Assembly (NCBI RefSeq): GCF_001194135.2
Contig: NC_068986.1
Span: forward strand, 7,969,122 to 8,033,121
Reading direction: 5' to 3'
Length of the DNA stretch: 64,000 bases
Origin: Octopus bimaculoides
Taxonomy: Eukaryota
Below the pieces are notes generated by a model. That model searched no databases. It saw nothing but the letters and a program-made list of their open reading frames with translations, and was not told the DNA's origin. Made by a program: the position numbers and the translations under genes. Positions 51,375 through 64,000 of the stretch are shown here, piece by piece. Positions within the stretch are counted from its first letter, which is position 1; every line of letters starts with the position of its first letter.

Positions 51375-53310
51375 ATTATTATTATTATCCATATACACTC
51401 AACAGATTAAACTGTTGGAAAAGAAAAGAATCCTAACATCGATCTACAAATGACCTTAGATGCCAAGAACCCTCCTATTGGGTTACAGCAGGTAACCTTG
51501 AGTGCTACGAACCTTCCTAAGTATCCTAGCTGTCCCTAGCAACACTGCTTTCTGCAGCTCTGCTAAACTGGGTTTTATGTCTATTTCCTTTATCCATCTG
51601 TTCAGATCGTTAGGGCTAGTTCGCAGTGCACCTATAACTACTGGAATATATTTTACCCGCATTTTCCATAGTCTCTGTAATTCAATAGCTAGGTCCTGCT
51701 ATTTTTTTCTATACTTCTCATATTAATTTTTCATGATTTGGGACTGTAAAGTCAATTATCTGACACTTTCTATTCTTTTTATCTACTACCACCAAATCAG
51801 GCCTTCTGGTTTCTGTCAGTCTGAATGTTAAAGTCCGACAACATTTTGTATTTCTTACTTTCTAGTACTTTACTAGGTTCATGTTCATACAATTTATCAG
51901 TATGTTCAAATCCTAGCTTTGTACAAAGCTCCCAGTAGATTGCTCTCTCTCTAGATTGTCCATGTCTTTTCTTTTATTCTTTCTGTGCTAGCAGGCTACA
52001 TTCCGTTACTATATGAGTAACGCTTTCCTCTTTTGATTTGCACAACCTACATTTGGGAATCTACTTGGTTTTTGTTTATTTTGGCTTTTATTTAATTAGT
52101 CCTTTACAAACTTTCTGTCTCCCTCTTCAGCTTTCCTTTCTGCAACCATAACCATGTCTCACTACTATTATTTGTTGAAACTATCTTTGGGAATCTACTA
52201 TGCAAAGCCCTCTCCTGCCAGGCAGATAATTTCTGTTCTTTTTCTGTTCGTTTTGTGTTTTGGTTTCCTTATGTTTTTTTGGTGACTCTAGCAGCTTTTA
52301 GTAAACTTTCTTCACTATTAACTACATAGGTGTCAATATCAATTCTAGCTAACTCCACGCAGTCTTCTACTGATACCAACCCTCTTCCACCTTCCTTTCT
52401 AGGTAGGTATAATCTTGCTACTCCTGCCCATGGTTGGAGTCCCCCATTCATATTGAACACCTTCCTAGTTCTTCTATATAGCTTTGCTAGTTTAGTTCTT
52501 CCCCAATCTACAGAAGTTTCTGAATATCTAAGTAATGATACTGCCCAAGTATTTACAGCCTTCACAAGATTCGAACCATTTAGCTTTCACTTCATTAGCT
52601 TCCTCACCCTTCTGTTGTACTCCTTCACAATTTGCGTTTTCATTTCTGCAGTTTCTACATTAAGTAATTTATCACTTTTTCATTCTTACTAAAAAGCTTC
52701 AGATCATCCATTTGGAGTAAATGGTTAATTTTTCCCTTACTATTTCTGATCTGAAACCCTGCCTTTGAATTCCTTAATACTAAACTGAGTGGGGTCAAAT
52801 ACAGAACAAATATTAAATGGAACAGCGACTACCCCCTGGAAAACTACTTTTTTTATATTAACTTTCCCTGAGAGTGCATCACCTGAGTATAGATCTACTT
52901 TCCATTTCTTCATGCTAATGCTAATTAATTCTCTTATGTTGTCTCCTACACTGAACATAGTCAAACATACACTTATCCATGAGTGTGAAATCATGTGATA
53001 GGCTTTCCTATAATTTATCTATGCTATTGTTAGATTTGACTTTCTAGTTTTTACTTCATTTGGAACTGCTTTCTCTATATATAATAGATTATGTGTTCCT
53101 CTCGCCTTCTTCCTGCTACCTTTCTGTTCTCCTGGCAGTAAATTCTGGTTGTCAAGGTGTTCGTAAATACTTTCTGAAAGCGATCGTGTTGACAGCGTCC
53201 ACATTAATGGTAAGCAAATGATTGGTCTATAGTTGATAGCTGTATTACCTTTGCTCTTATCTTTCATATTGAGTATTGTTCCTCACTCCTCTAGTCATGA
53301 CTTATACACT
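51375..53310 (-). mobile_element. 5'-truncated Dong/R4-type LINE (RT, RLE, 3' UTR, (AAT)n tail)
   Basis: NYRPIICLPLMW...EQKGSRKKARGT, VNIKKVVFQG, AVNTWAVSLLRY...ARLYLPRKEGGRGLVSVED, and DLAIELQRLWK...IPVVIGAL...LLGTARILRKV. The tail is (AAT)n at about 51372-51388. Frameshifted. Confidence 0.93.
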
Positions 53311-53374
53311 CAGCAGCTTTTGTTGATTGCAGATTCCCAATGTAGTCTAATTGCTTGTGTGTATATGAAGAAGA

Positions 53375-53377
<3 letters not shown>

Positions 53378-53405
<28 letters not shown>

Positions 53406-53660
53406 TGTATTCAGTTTATTTCAAAATTTCTTGCCAATAGAGAAAGTACCGGTTTCTAACCTAGATCCAAGGTTCCTTCACTGGAATTTCAACATCACCA
53501 ACAGGGTATTTTTGTTTGTATGTATGTATGTATGTATGTATGTATGTATGTATGTATGTATGTGCAGATTTGTATGTATGTACGTGTGTATGTATGTATG
53601 TATGTATGTATGTATGTGCAGATTTGTATGTATGTATGTATGTATGTATGTATGTATTCA
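53378..53660. repeat. (TATG)n microsatellite array
   Basis: Direct reading; interrupted by the 110-bp element. Confidence 0.96.
53409..53521 (-). mobile_element. About 110-bp LINE 3'-end element embedded in (ATAC)n, copy 2
   Basis: Reverse-complement homolog of 22563-22678. Confidence 0.8.
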
Positions 53661-53864
53661 TACATACATAAACATTCGAAGCGACAAGTCGTGTATTTGA
53701 CGTGGGAGACTATTTATCAAAAAATACGACGAATATTATCTCCAACTTTGGAGCCACAACTATCAGCCTTGTTAAATAACTGGTTAATCTTCAGATGAAT
53801 TAACTGAGGGAGTCTTTTATTCACGATCGTACTGATTTTCGACTGAAACTTGTATATTCCATAG

Positions 53865-53947
53865 AGAGAGAGTTACAACAAACAACATGGCTGGACATAA
53901 CATCAACAATGCAATTGAGAAACAGAGCGAAAACAACAGCTCAACAG
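53865..53947 (+). CDS. Candidate first coding exon (ATG at 53887; MAGHNINNAIEKQSENNSST, phase 1)
   Basis: Acceptor ttgtatattccatag, start context aacATGG and donor CAG|GTAAAC. No downstream exon could be assigned and no homology was recognised. Confidence 0.3.
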
Positions 53948-54109
53948 GTAAACAAATTCTTTTTAGCTGTAGTTATAGAAGAAACTGAAATGTATGTATG
54001 TATGTATGTATGTATGTATGTATGTATATGTATGTATGTATGTATGTATGTTTGTATTGAGTTTTATTCCTCCTGCTAAACCTATATTATTATTATATGT
54101 TTTCTGCTA

Positions 54110-54305
54110 TAGGCCCAAAACCTAAAAGCTAGGAGCAGGGAACATATTGGCTACATCGATGCCATTGATCAACTGGTACTTATTTTGTCAACCCCGAAAG
54201 GATGCAAGGTGAAGGAGACTTCGGTGGTATTTGAACGCAGAACATAAAACCGGTATAAATCCCGCTAAGCATTTGTAAGATGCGCTAACAATTCCACCAA
54301 CTCGC
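54110..54305 (-). mobile_element. tRNA-derived SINE, family B
   Basis: caactggtacttattttgtcaaccccgaaaggatgcaaggtg...cttcggtggtatttgaacgcagaac...aattccaccaactcgcc is the reverse of family B. Confidence 0.75.
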
Positions 54306-54417
54306 CACATTTACTTACATACATACACACATACATACATACATACATACACACACATACACGCATACCACATACATACACACACATACATACACTCGCA
54401 CGCATATACACATGCGA

Positions 54418-54451
<34 letters not shown>

Positions 54452-57400
54452 NNNNNNNNNNATATGTGCCTGCCTATGTATAGTATGTCGATTCAAATGA
54501 AATCATAGAAGAGTTCACAATACGAGTTGTAATGCGGTAGAGTTAAATCTATTCGGATAACATGAATGATGCTGTGATTCCAGGTTTACAAACCTTGTAA
54601 CGTTTCGTCAGACGCTGATCAATGGTAAAAACAATAACACTGAGATCAAATTTTGGCCTTTATCAGGATACCGCAATCTCAATAAAAGGGCCAACTGGCA
54701 TGCATCTGGCACATAAATCAAGTTATGTGCCAGTATTAAGTGAAATTAAGGGTAATAATTCACAAATACAAATTGAATTGTTAATCAAGGGGTTTAATTG
54801 TGGTTTAAGTATTTACATTATTAAAGAGAAGTAATTAAAGCAATAAATGAGATTTAGAAGTAAAGTGATTAATGATGGAATAAAGTTAAATCTTGCTAAG
54901 GATACTAATAGCGATTAAAATGAAACTAAATTAAATCATATCTTGTCAAAGAAATTATATTTAAATTGCGTTCATTAAATAGATAAGAGCAGCAATAATT
55001 AAAATGTTAAAGCAATTTAAATAGGTTTGAATTTAAGTTAGATATTACCTGGTGAAAGTGCTAAATCAGTTTCGATATGAAAATATTGAAAAAGTGGACT
55101 TAAAAAGGAAGATGTGGCCGGATGGTAATAAAAAATATCACAAAGAGGCGTAATTAATTTCATTAATTGCATAATGAAATTGTCGTTCAAATTTTAATTT
55201 CCAAACACGCTGTACAGCGTAGAATATTCATAATAATATTCGTCACCCATTTACACGAGGAATCAATAATAACTTTCTTGAAAGACGCCTGAGCCGAGCT
55301 GAACTTTATAATGCAGCGGGTTAAAGCCTTTCCTCGAGTGGGTTTAGAGTTTTGACGCATGCGTGCAGAAATATTTGTAAGAACTAGATCTGTCTACTGA
55401 TTGAATGTAATAAGTTTAAATGAGGCAAGTTACACCACCATTTGGCAACAGTTTATCAAGGGACGCATGGAATGATATCTAAGTTACGACGATATGCTGA
55501 CATATTTACTTTCGGCTTATGGAGGATTAAGACTTAAATCGTACAGCAAGATAATGCTGAAATGCATCAACGAATTAGGTACGTTTTTAACACGTTTTGT
55601 TATGTTATATATATCTCGGCGGTGAGTCTGAATTTACTTTTTCATGGTCAATAATATTGTAACCAAGATGTTCATTAAGGAAATAGTAGCAAAATTAATG
55701 CAAATAATGTCAAGAGAGTTGCACATATTAAAGAGGATAAGAACGAATAATAACAAAATGTACAAATTTTTCATTTTTAAGTCATTAAATCCTATATCAT
55801 CTACAGCAATTATTTATTATAAGCTAAACAAGATGTAATTTTGTAAATATGCCAAGGATGTGATATGTTACTCATGTAATTATAAAGTCTTTATTATCAC
55901 TAGTAATTTAGATAATTGTGTATGTAATTGTTTATAATGGCTGAAAACTAGAATTATTAAGGGTGCTGCTATCTTTATGACTGGTGGTTATTTTATTGAT
56001 TATCCTTTCTTTCGTATCTCCAAAAATCCGAATGACATGAATATAACTTACATGGTGATATGCTTCAATCAATGTATTTGATTTCAAGTATAAATTGAAA
56101 ATTATGTTTAAACTCCAGAATATAGAACCGTTATAAATACACAAAATAATGTCGCCTAATTTCATCCATAGCATTAATTACATCACTTTGTTGCTTTTTT
56201 TCTTTTGTTCTTTTATACAGAGATTGTTTATTTTGTTTCCCACATTTCTGTTTTCCTTCTCAGAGATTGAACTAATTCTTTCGACGACTGGATTTTTTTA
56301 AATATTGAAAAAGAAAACAACTCTACTGCGGCGGAATAATGAAAAGCTGGAAATTCATATAATATTATTGAGGGCAAGAACTTTATACAATGTTATTGAG
56401 GGAAAACCCAACCCTGATTTGGGTTAGTGTAGGACTGTGTTGGTAGTAATCTATAAAATGTCTTAATGTTCTTAAACGCAATACTTTCCTTTCAAAAGCG
56501 CTACAGCACATCAAATGTTGATTTGATCTTAAAACGTTACAACCTAAGCAGAATGAAAAACGATTTCCTTCAGAAATATTCCTCATGCATTTTAATCAAA
56601 ACAGAACATAGAAGAAACTAGGCGTGCAAATAATTATTTCTGAAATTTAAGATTTACAATAATGTAAATAGAGACTGTTCTGATTAAGATTAATTTCGGT
56701 AGCTAACGTGTGACATGTCTAAGCAATTACTCTTCGTTGCCGATTATAATTTAATAACTGGTTGTCACTTTAGGATTAAATATGCATATAAATGATATAT
56801 TTATCTACCTGTGATAAGTCGAAAGTTAAGAAATATATAATTACATCAACTTCCAATACATAATATGTTTCACATAAATATTTATATATGCCATTCTGAG
56901 AAATTCTTTCACGTCAGAGAAGAAAACTGTTATGCACATGTAATCACAAAAATGTTTTTGTTATAAATTCAAACATTTTGAAATGTGCAAAATGCACATA
57001 TGTATAATTTACATATAAAGCACAGAAATCTAGAATATCTTGGATTTTATTCCCAAATATAACACAAGCAGTAATATATATATATATANNNNNNNNNNNN
57101 NNNNNNNNNNNNNNNNNNNNNNNNNNNNNNNNNNNNNNNNNNNNNNNNNNNNNNNNNNNNNNNNNNNNNNNNNNNNNNNNNNNNNNNNNNNNNNNNNNNN
57201 NNNNNNNNNNNNNNNNNNNNNNNNNNNNNNNNNNNNNNNNNNNNNNNNNNNNNNNNNNNNNNNNNNNNNNNNNNNNNNNNNNNNNNNNNNNNNNATATAT
57301 ATATATATAAATGCACACTTACACATACTGACATTTATATCTCAGACATCCATGCAAACACATACATAAATGTATCTTCATGTGCGTAAGTACAGATGGA

Positions 57401-57696
57401 TGTTATGTAAAAATATGAGTGTGTATATATGAGTGTGTATATATGAGTGAGAATTACTCTTCTGATGCAACAAATATCACAACTGTGAATATTTATAACT
57501 GTTGCCTCATATTTCTCGAAATTGTATTTGTTTTCTTGCATACATTATCCTTCTCATTTCCGTTAATCTGTTTTCAATCTTATTGAAAATACACACGCTA
57601 ATACAAGCGTGCATGTGCCTCGGTGTGTGAGTTCGTGCGTGCTTGTGTAGGTATGCGTATGTAGGTGTCTGTCTTTCTATATAGTCCTGCGTATGT

Positions 57697-57746
<50 letters not shown>

Positions 57747-59589
57747 GTGTGTGTCCCTGTGTGCTTGTGTGTGTCTGTATGTGTGTGTCAGGTGGAGAGA
57801 GAGAGAGTGGAAGAAAGGAAAAGAAAACGAAAGAGAGGAGGAGAGGGAGAGAGAGGGAGATATTGAGCGGGAGGGAAGGACAAAAGCGAGGTTGAAAGCC
57901 CGAATGATTGGTGTATAATGTCGGATATAACCAATCTAAAAGCGAGTACTTGAGCGTAATTTGTCATGTGAAAACTGACAATCACCGTACATGTTTTGAC
58001 CCAAATATATTCTAAACTAGCAATATTGATTTCATTCGCTGGCTGATAAATGGTCCATCAATAAGAATGTTGGAATATGGCCGCAAGAGAAAATGATATT
58101 GCTCTTCATAATCTTCACAATTGCTCGAACCATGATAAAAGCTTCAACTCTCACAAAATATATGACGTCTGATCCATTGACTTCCAGTTGCCAAATACAA
58201 CATCGCTATATAATGAATATCTGCTCCCTTTGCTATATTTCGTAAGCATTATAAGCCCATGGCAGTTGATTAAATGCTTGCCTGCTCATGGCCTATCACG
58301 TCTGCTGTGAACTGTCAATGATCAGCATACTTTAAATATCAAATAGTTTCATTGATTTAGCTGTAGATAGGTGGTATGGTTCATTACTGTATCTCGAACG
58401 ACTGTTGGATGCAAGGAGCTCAAACATATTCATACGATTTGCAGAGATGCAAGATGGGTTTGACACGGTAAACTTGCAGTTAGATTTAACGTATTTTTCG
58501 GGTTCAATCTACAACCTTGCAGCTTAAAATACTAAATTTCATCTGACAATTCACTGACGTAATTTAATGTTCACAACGTTTCGCTGTATTCTTTTCTTTT
58601 CTTTTCTCTTACCTTTTATCCATTTATATTTTTTGTATGCGGTTAACCAATATTTTTTCAAAGGAATGAATTAAACATAAAAACAGATACGAATGAATTA
58701 ATTTTCGCATCAATTTGATTGCTTTCTCAAATTGCATTTTGACGATAAAGCTTTATACTTGCTCACCCTCAACTCTAGTAATAAGATATATTATAAAGTA
58801 ATGGTCTTCGGCAAAAACCTAGAGCCTTATATTCTTAGCACGTACATCATTAGATAAGTTAAGATTCATTTAATTATTCATATTTAATATTTATGTAAAT
58901 CTGTGTATTCTCCACAGAAAAATATAATTATAAATTACAAAATTTATCTAACTCAGAGCTATTAAAAACACTGTGAACGGGAAATATTATTATTGGAACC
59001 GTTAGAAGAATAAATGGAACACAAGAAGAGCGAATGCCATAAAATATTCGATTTATTTAGCTTTTCAGCTCTGAATCCAAATTTTCCTATCTAGATGTAA
59101 CGTATTTTGGTTTAAATAATACAAGGAATGCGCAGGGGTCAGGGGTCATTTCGCTCAAAGAAATTGTATAACTTTCATCTTACTATAGTAAACAACGTCA
59201 AAACGTCACCAGCCATTTTTCAATTTCTCTCACAAAATTCTTCAGTAATATATAACAGTTTATTAGATTATTGGATTACAACCATGCTTGGTACCATTCA
59301 TCAGGTATGTTCGATTAAATCGTCCCCATTATTTCCATGTTCTTTATTTCATACTCATTTGGTGAAGATGTGATCAGAAATTATTTGGGCTTCAAGAGAA
59401 GTGGTCTGAATGTAAACAGGTATGCAATATATTTGTGTCCGACACAGTAACTTTGCAAGGCAAGCTTCGCCAATCGACGTATATTTTCTCCTTATACATC
59501 TCAGCTAGATCATCCCATAGGACGCCCCATATAGGGGGTTCGGTTTCGCATAATATAGGAGTTACAGGGCTCTGCTACATGTGGTCTCG

Positions 59590-60178
59590 CAGTTTTCATC
59601 TAACTAAGAATATTAGGGTCTCATCCATTGTTTTGACATCAGCTTGTTTGCTACGGGCCGCATACTTGCCATTCAGAGGTTTCTGTTCCCATCTGCTAGC
59701 TAATTTTTCATGTGCTTTTGTCTTTGCAATTAATTTTATTTTCTTTGCAGCAACAGTTGGCGCATTTCCTTCAACCTGATCAATCTGGTAGGTATCTAAA
59801 AGATCAGTAGCGAATGTTTTGCTCTCTTTAAGAATAGAGTGCAGTGTTTTCGGTCTTTCATGTTTTTCAACAAGTTTTTCAACAATCTTTGGTTGTTTCA
59901 AGGTATTTGGCCAGTCCGATTGTGGTGGTTTTGTACGTAAGTTCAAGCTGGGTCAAGCCTCGACCTCCCTGAGCTCTGGGAAGGTAAAGACGATCCACGT
60001 CTGCCTTTAGATGGTACATCTTATTACAAGTCAGTAGCTTGCGGATTTTTCTATCAATTTTCATTATTTCACTGGTATTCCAGTTAAGCACATTCAAGCT
60101 ATAAAGAACAACTGGGACTGCTAAGGAATTTATGGCTAACACCTTATTATATGCATTCAGTTCAGACATCAGAACTGC
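59590..60178 (-). mobile_element. Dong/R4-type LINE internal fragment (RT thumb and downstream)
   Basis: SELNAYNKVLAINSLAVPVVLYS...IDRKIRKLL...ADVDRLYLPRAQGGRGL...RWEQKPLNGKY. Confidence 0.92.
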
Positions 60179-60183
60179 TCTAT

Positions 60184-60188
<5 letters not shown>

Positions 60189-60246
<58 letters not shown>
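60189..60246. repeat. (AAT)n microsatellite between two divergent LINE fragments
   Basis: Direct reading. Confidence 0.98.
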
Positions 60247-60247
<1 letters not shown>

Positions 60248-60249
60248 TT

Positions 60250-60705
60250 ATGGAGTACTGGAGTCGGAGAAGTGTAAGAATTTGTGGGACTTTATTATTC
60301 AAACGGACAAAAAGTTAGAAAAGGGTAGACCTGACATAACAGTTCTAGATAAGGCAAAGCGAAATTGCTTACTAACCGACCCATCATGCCTGTTTGATTC
60401 AAAGATCGTAAATAAAGAGGAAGAAAAACAAAGAATATACAATCCCTTAAAATTTGAAATAAGAAGAATTTGGTTCATGAGAATAGTAAAGGTCGTGTCT
60501 TTAATGATTGGTGCGTTGGGAACAGTAAGCCAAGATATAAACAAATGGCTGAAGGAGATTGAAATAGAATGCCTAGTAGAGCTCCTACAGAAAGTTTTCT
60601 CTTAGGGTCAGTAAGGATTATCAGGAGGGTTCTAAGCACTTGAAAGATTGCTGAAAACTTGCGGATAGTAAGGTTACAGGTAGTAACCCGCTATCCTCGA
60701 CATCA
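60250..60705 (+). mobile_element. Dong/R4-type LINE 3' end (RLE endonuclease plus 3' UTR)
   Basis: VLESEKCKNLWDFIIQTDKKLEKGRPDITVLDK...EEEK...LKFEIRRIW...MIGALGTV. Confidence 0.92.
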
Positions 60706-60719
60706 TTATCCTTCGACCA

Positions 60720-63700
60720 ACCATAAGTTGGTCGAAACTCCATTGACAAACCCTTTCCACACCACAAGGTCTGGCATTGCTGTGTTCAGATCACTAATAT
60801 CCAGCCCTGAGTCCTGAGATATAGTACCTGGAAATGTGAGTTTCCTGGAGAAAACACTTCCAGAGGGATGCCATAGGAGCAGGGATGAGATAACCTGTCT
60901 CTGCTTGATGACAGAGGTCAGAAAATTGTAGCCGTTTCTACTTTAGCTTGAGGGATATTGGTATCAAATTTCCATAGATGTTACTAAGCGTTGGGCGTGA
61001 TCTCCAACTGATGTTCTGTAACTTTCTGAGCAATTTGGTATATGTTCCATCTAATTGTTTTTCTAAGAGAGCCGATAAGGTCAGGTCTCTGATCTATAGA
61101 GAATGACCGGCTGAATCATTGTTCCAAATGTTCCAAATATTTTAACTTTTAACGTAGGTGGGAGTTTTGAGTGCCAGATCTTATCAAGTCCGTTACATGC
61201 ATCCCAAGCAAGAGCTTTGCGAACGCGAAAGTCCTTTTGGGAGTCTACTATGTGTAATCCAAGACATTTTAAGTCGTCAGCGGTTTTGATTGATATATTA
61301 TTGAGCGATTTAAGTTCAGTTACCTTGGAGGAGGTCGTGATAAACGCTGTCTTACTTTCATTTCAGTAAAGGCCGACCTGGTTTGCTGCTTTCTCCAGTG
61401 CTTGTAACAAATATTCTGCATCTTTAATACAATGGAATATCAAAGCAAGATCGTCAACAAAGTCAAGATCAGTTAAATATTGTGCATAATGCCGACTACT
61501 CTGGCGGGGTTTCAGAAGGAGTCCCTTTTCCTCCGTACCGTCTAGGGAAAGGCGTAGAACATAGTTAGTGATGAACGAGAAAGGAGTGAGTGTGTTACCC
61601 CGCAGAATACCTGCTACAACTTCAAAGAAATCAGTCTCTCCACCAGGAGATATAACTGTGGTTGTGGTGTTTGCGTACATCCCTCTGATAACATCAACAA
61701 TCCTGGGAGGAATACCATATATTGCAAGGATTTTAAACATAAGATCTCTGCTGATGGAATCAAATGCTTTGCGAAAGTCGACAAAACAGACTGTGACACT
61801 CTTGTTAAACATTTTCATTTCTTCCAGTATGCGACGGATGGAGAGGATTTGAGCAGTTGTTGACCGGCCCCTTCTAAATCCATTCTGATTCCTACAAAGA
61901 AGTGGATCGAGCATAGTTACAATCCTGGGATCAGAGTAATGCCTTTATAATTTGCTGCACTTGTTAAATCACATTTTCGGGGGGACAGAGACCGTAATGT
62001 TGATATGTTATCGAGTCCTGGAGATTTAATGTGAGCAAAACTACTGAGAGCAACTTTGAGCTTATCCAAAGCGAAAAGGACCATGTTGATGTATAATACA
62101 TTAGATATTTGGTATAGAGGAAGTGGAAGACCGCTAATGTGGAGCAAGAAGTTTCTAAAAGTGGTCACACCAGCTGGCCTTGCGCTTCTCAGAGGAAGCC
62201 TGATGGAGGCCTTAGATTTTATTCTAGTTAGAGCGTTTATTAATTTCCATACTGCTGCCTGTTACTTTGCAATATGCAAGTTTGCAATCTTGTTAATCTC
62301 AGCTAGAATGCAATCTGTTTCTACATTGGCATATGCTTCATCTAGTGTTCCATGATCTTTGGAAGCATCTTTGAAGTTATTTTTAGTAGGCCTCTGTTCA
62401 TGTCTAAGTTTCAATCTTTCTAGATGCTTCCTTGCTTCTCTCACACGGATATCTGCATGAATTGATCTGTGCTTTATTCTTTCCTTCTTTCGTAGTTTTG
62501 AAAGGGCAATTTCTTCTGTGGTTGTTACAAGGTTATTATGTTGTGCTTTAATGTCGCCAGTGTGTTCTGAGAGCATTTCAAAATGGTTTTTAACATCTAC
62601 TGCAAATTAATGCGCTAAGTATTTATCTGCTGTTACCTTTGGCCAGTTCACCTGTTTCATGGGGTTTGGGATTAGTGGTTTCGATGATCTAAGACTGGGA
62701 ACAATGCATATGGAAACGACTTTATGATCTGAGCCAATAGATGGGAAGGAGGAGTATGCCTGTGCATTACGGACACTGTTCTTCCACTTGTTCCTCACAA
62801 GTATGTAGTCAATTTGCGAATAAGATCCAGATGGGTGCTGGAATGTCCACAAACGCTATGGTTGCTTCATTAACCTTGTCTAAAGTTCCAATCTGAAGTT
62901 GGAACTCGTGAGCAAAATCAATCAGGTTTATCCCGTTCCGGTTAGTCTCCTTGCTATCGATAAACAAAGCATCATTTCTCCCTATTTGGCCATAAAAATC
63001 ACCTGATATAACAAGGAAGTTTTGGGAAGGGACACTTTCCGTTACTCCCTTCCGATCGGAGAAGTCGTCTGCAAGTTTCTCTTCACTTGTGTTAGTTAGG
63101 CAAGGAATGTGGTTTGAGGATTACTATTCAGCTCGGCAGCAATTATGCAGTCAGATATTTTCTCAACAGAAAGCAAGTTCCCTGAGGCTCTTGGAGACAG
63201 AAGAATACCAACACTGCCTATAGTGGAGCCCTGGGAGTTTTTAACAGCAGAGGTCGTAATAAATTGGTATCTATCAAGGTTGGTGTACTTCAAATCTGTG
63301 TAAGGCGATGATACCTGTGCTATTGGATGCTCAAGATATCAACTTCTGTTTTTTGCTTGTTTTTGATAAAGTTCGTGAGTTAAAAGTGCTGCAGACAACA
63401 GGTCTTTTGCATTTCATAAGTTTGTTTGTTGTTCCTGCATCTACATCTACCTCTTTACAGCTACCCGGCTGTAAAGTGTTTAGGAGTAGCTGGTCATATG
63501 TTTCATGGGAAACAAGGTGAGAATTTGAAGCTGAATAAGCAGAGGCTCGAACCCTGGCACTGCAAGTGGACGTCATGGTAGTTCTTCCAGTCGCTGATAC
63601 AGAAATGGATTACTAATCCTACATCCGGGTATTTATCACAAGGGAGATTGCCGTCCAAAGCTTACGACTTCTCCTAAGCCATGAGGTAAATTTATCCCGC

Positions 63701-63840
63701 GCCAGACACCCACTTGGTATTTCATTTCCACTGCTGTTTTTTTCTTATAAGAGATTTCCTTCTCCTAGGCAGGCTGCTTTCACCTCGGCTCAGGGCATGG
63801 ATGTTACACCATGTGGGGTGTACTCCCACATACCCCAATC
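60720..63840 (-). mobile_element. Near full-length RTE-clade LINE (5' UTR, APE endonuclease, RT), pseudogenised
   Basis: APE motifs STFNSRTL, SVGILLSP and QIDYILVRNKW...SDHKVV. RT motifs KSPGLDNI, NYKGITL, QNGFRRGRST, FVDFRKAFDS, LTDLDFVDDLAL and RKALAWDACNGL.KIW. There are several frameshifts and a short deletion after KSPGLDNI. Confidence 0.95.
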
Positions 63841-64000
63841 ACAGACAGAAAGATAAAGATAAAATGGAGATAAGAGGATAAAATAAATTCGGGGATGTAG
63901 AAGTACATAAAAATTTCAAATTTCAAATGTTATACAATATATAAAACACAACACACGTGCAAAATACACACACACGATACACACACACATACACACACAC

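Noticed and set aside
51230-51436. Poly-Ser ORF
   Set aside because: This is a translation of a (TTC)n tract next to a LINE tail.
54706-54733. Perfect 11-bp hairpin CTGGCACATAA-ATCAAG-TTATGTGCCAG
   Set aside because: It is not followed by a Helitron CTRR end or a U-tract, it is single-copy in the window, and no function can be supported.
59435-59590. Minus-strand peptide PPIWGVLWDDLAEMY, vaguely like a Tc1 transposase C-terminus
   Set aside because: The similarity is too weak, and no TIRs or DDE motifs were seen.

Overview
AT-rich, repeat-dense eukaryotic DNA from a short-read scaffold, with about 15 N-gaps, most of them flanked by microsatellites. The SINE and MITE families look like those I recall from Octopus (coleoid cephalopod) genomes; that organism call is inference. 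No intact host protein-coding gene, rRNA, functional tRNA or CRISPR array can be supported, and nearly all long ORFs in the track are microsatellite or N-run artefacts. The window is intronic or intergenic and is full of transposon remnants: six Dong/R4-type (RLE) LINE fragments, a near full-length but frameshifted RTE-clade LINE (about 60.7-63.8 kb, minus strand) plus further RTE fragments, several Penelope-like element (PLE) remnants (RT and GIY-YIG), a Ty3/Gypsy integrase fragment, a mariner-derived MITE, a TTAA-flanked Kolobok-like element holding (CCCTAA)n, and two tRNA-derived SINE families. The most interesting signals are: a PLE 3'-end repeat in three copies with a hammerhead-ribozyme-like fold and an unusually long stem II; RLE-LINE ends tied to (AAT)n and (ATAC)n microsatellites; a conserved LINE 3'-UTR stem-loop; and an in-frame triplication of the RT FADD motif. 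A few isolated candidate exons are flagged at low confidence.
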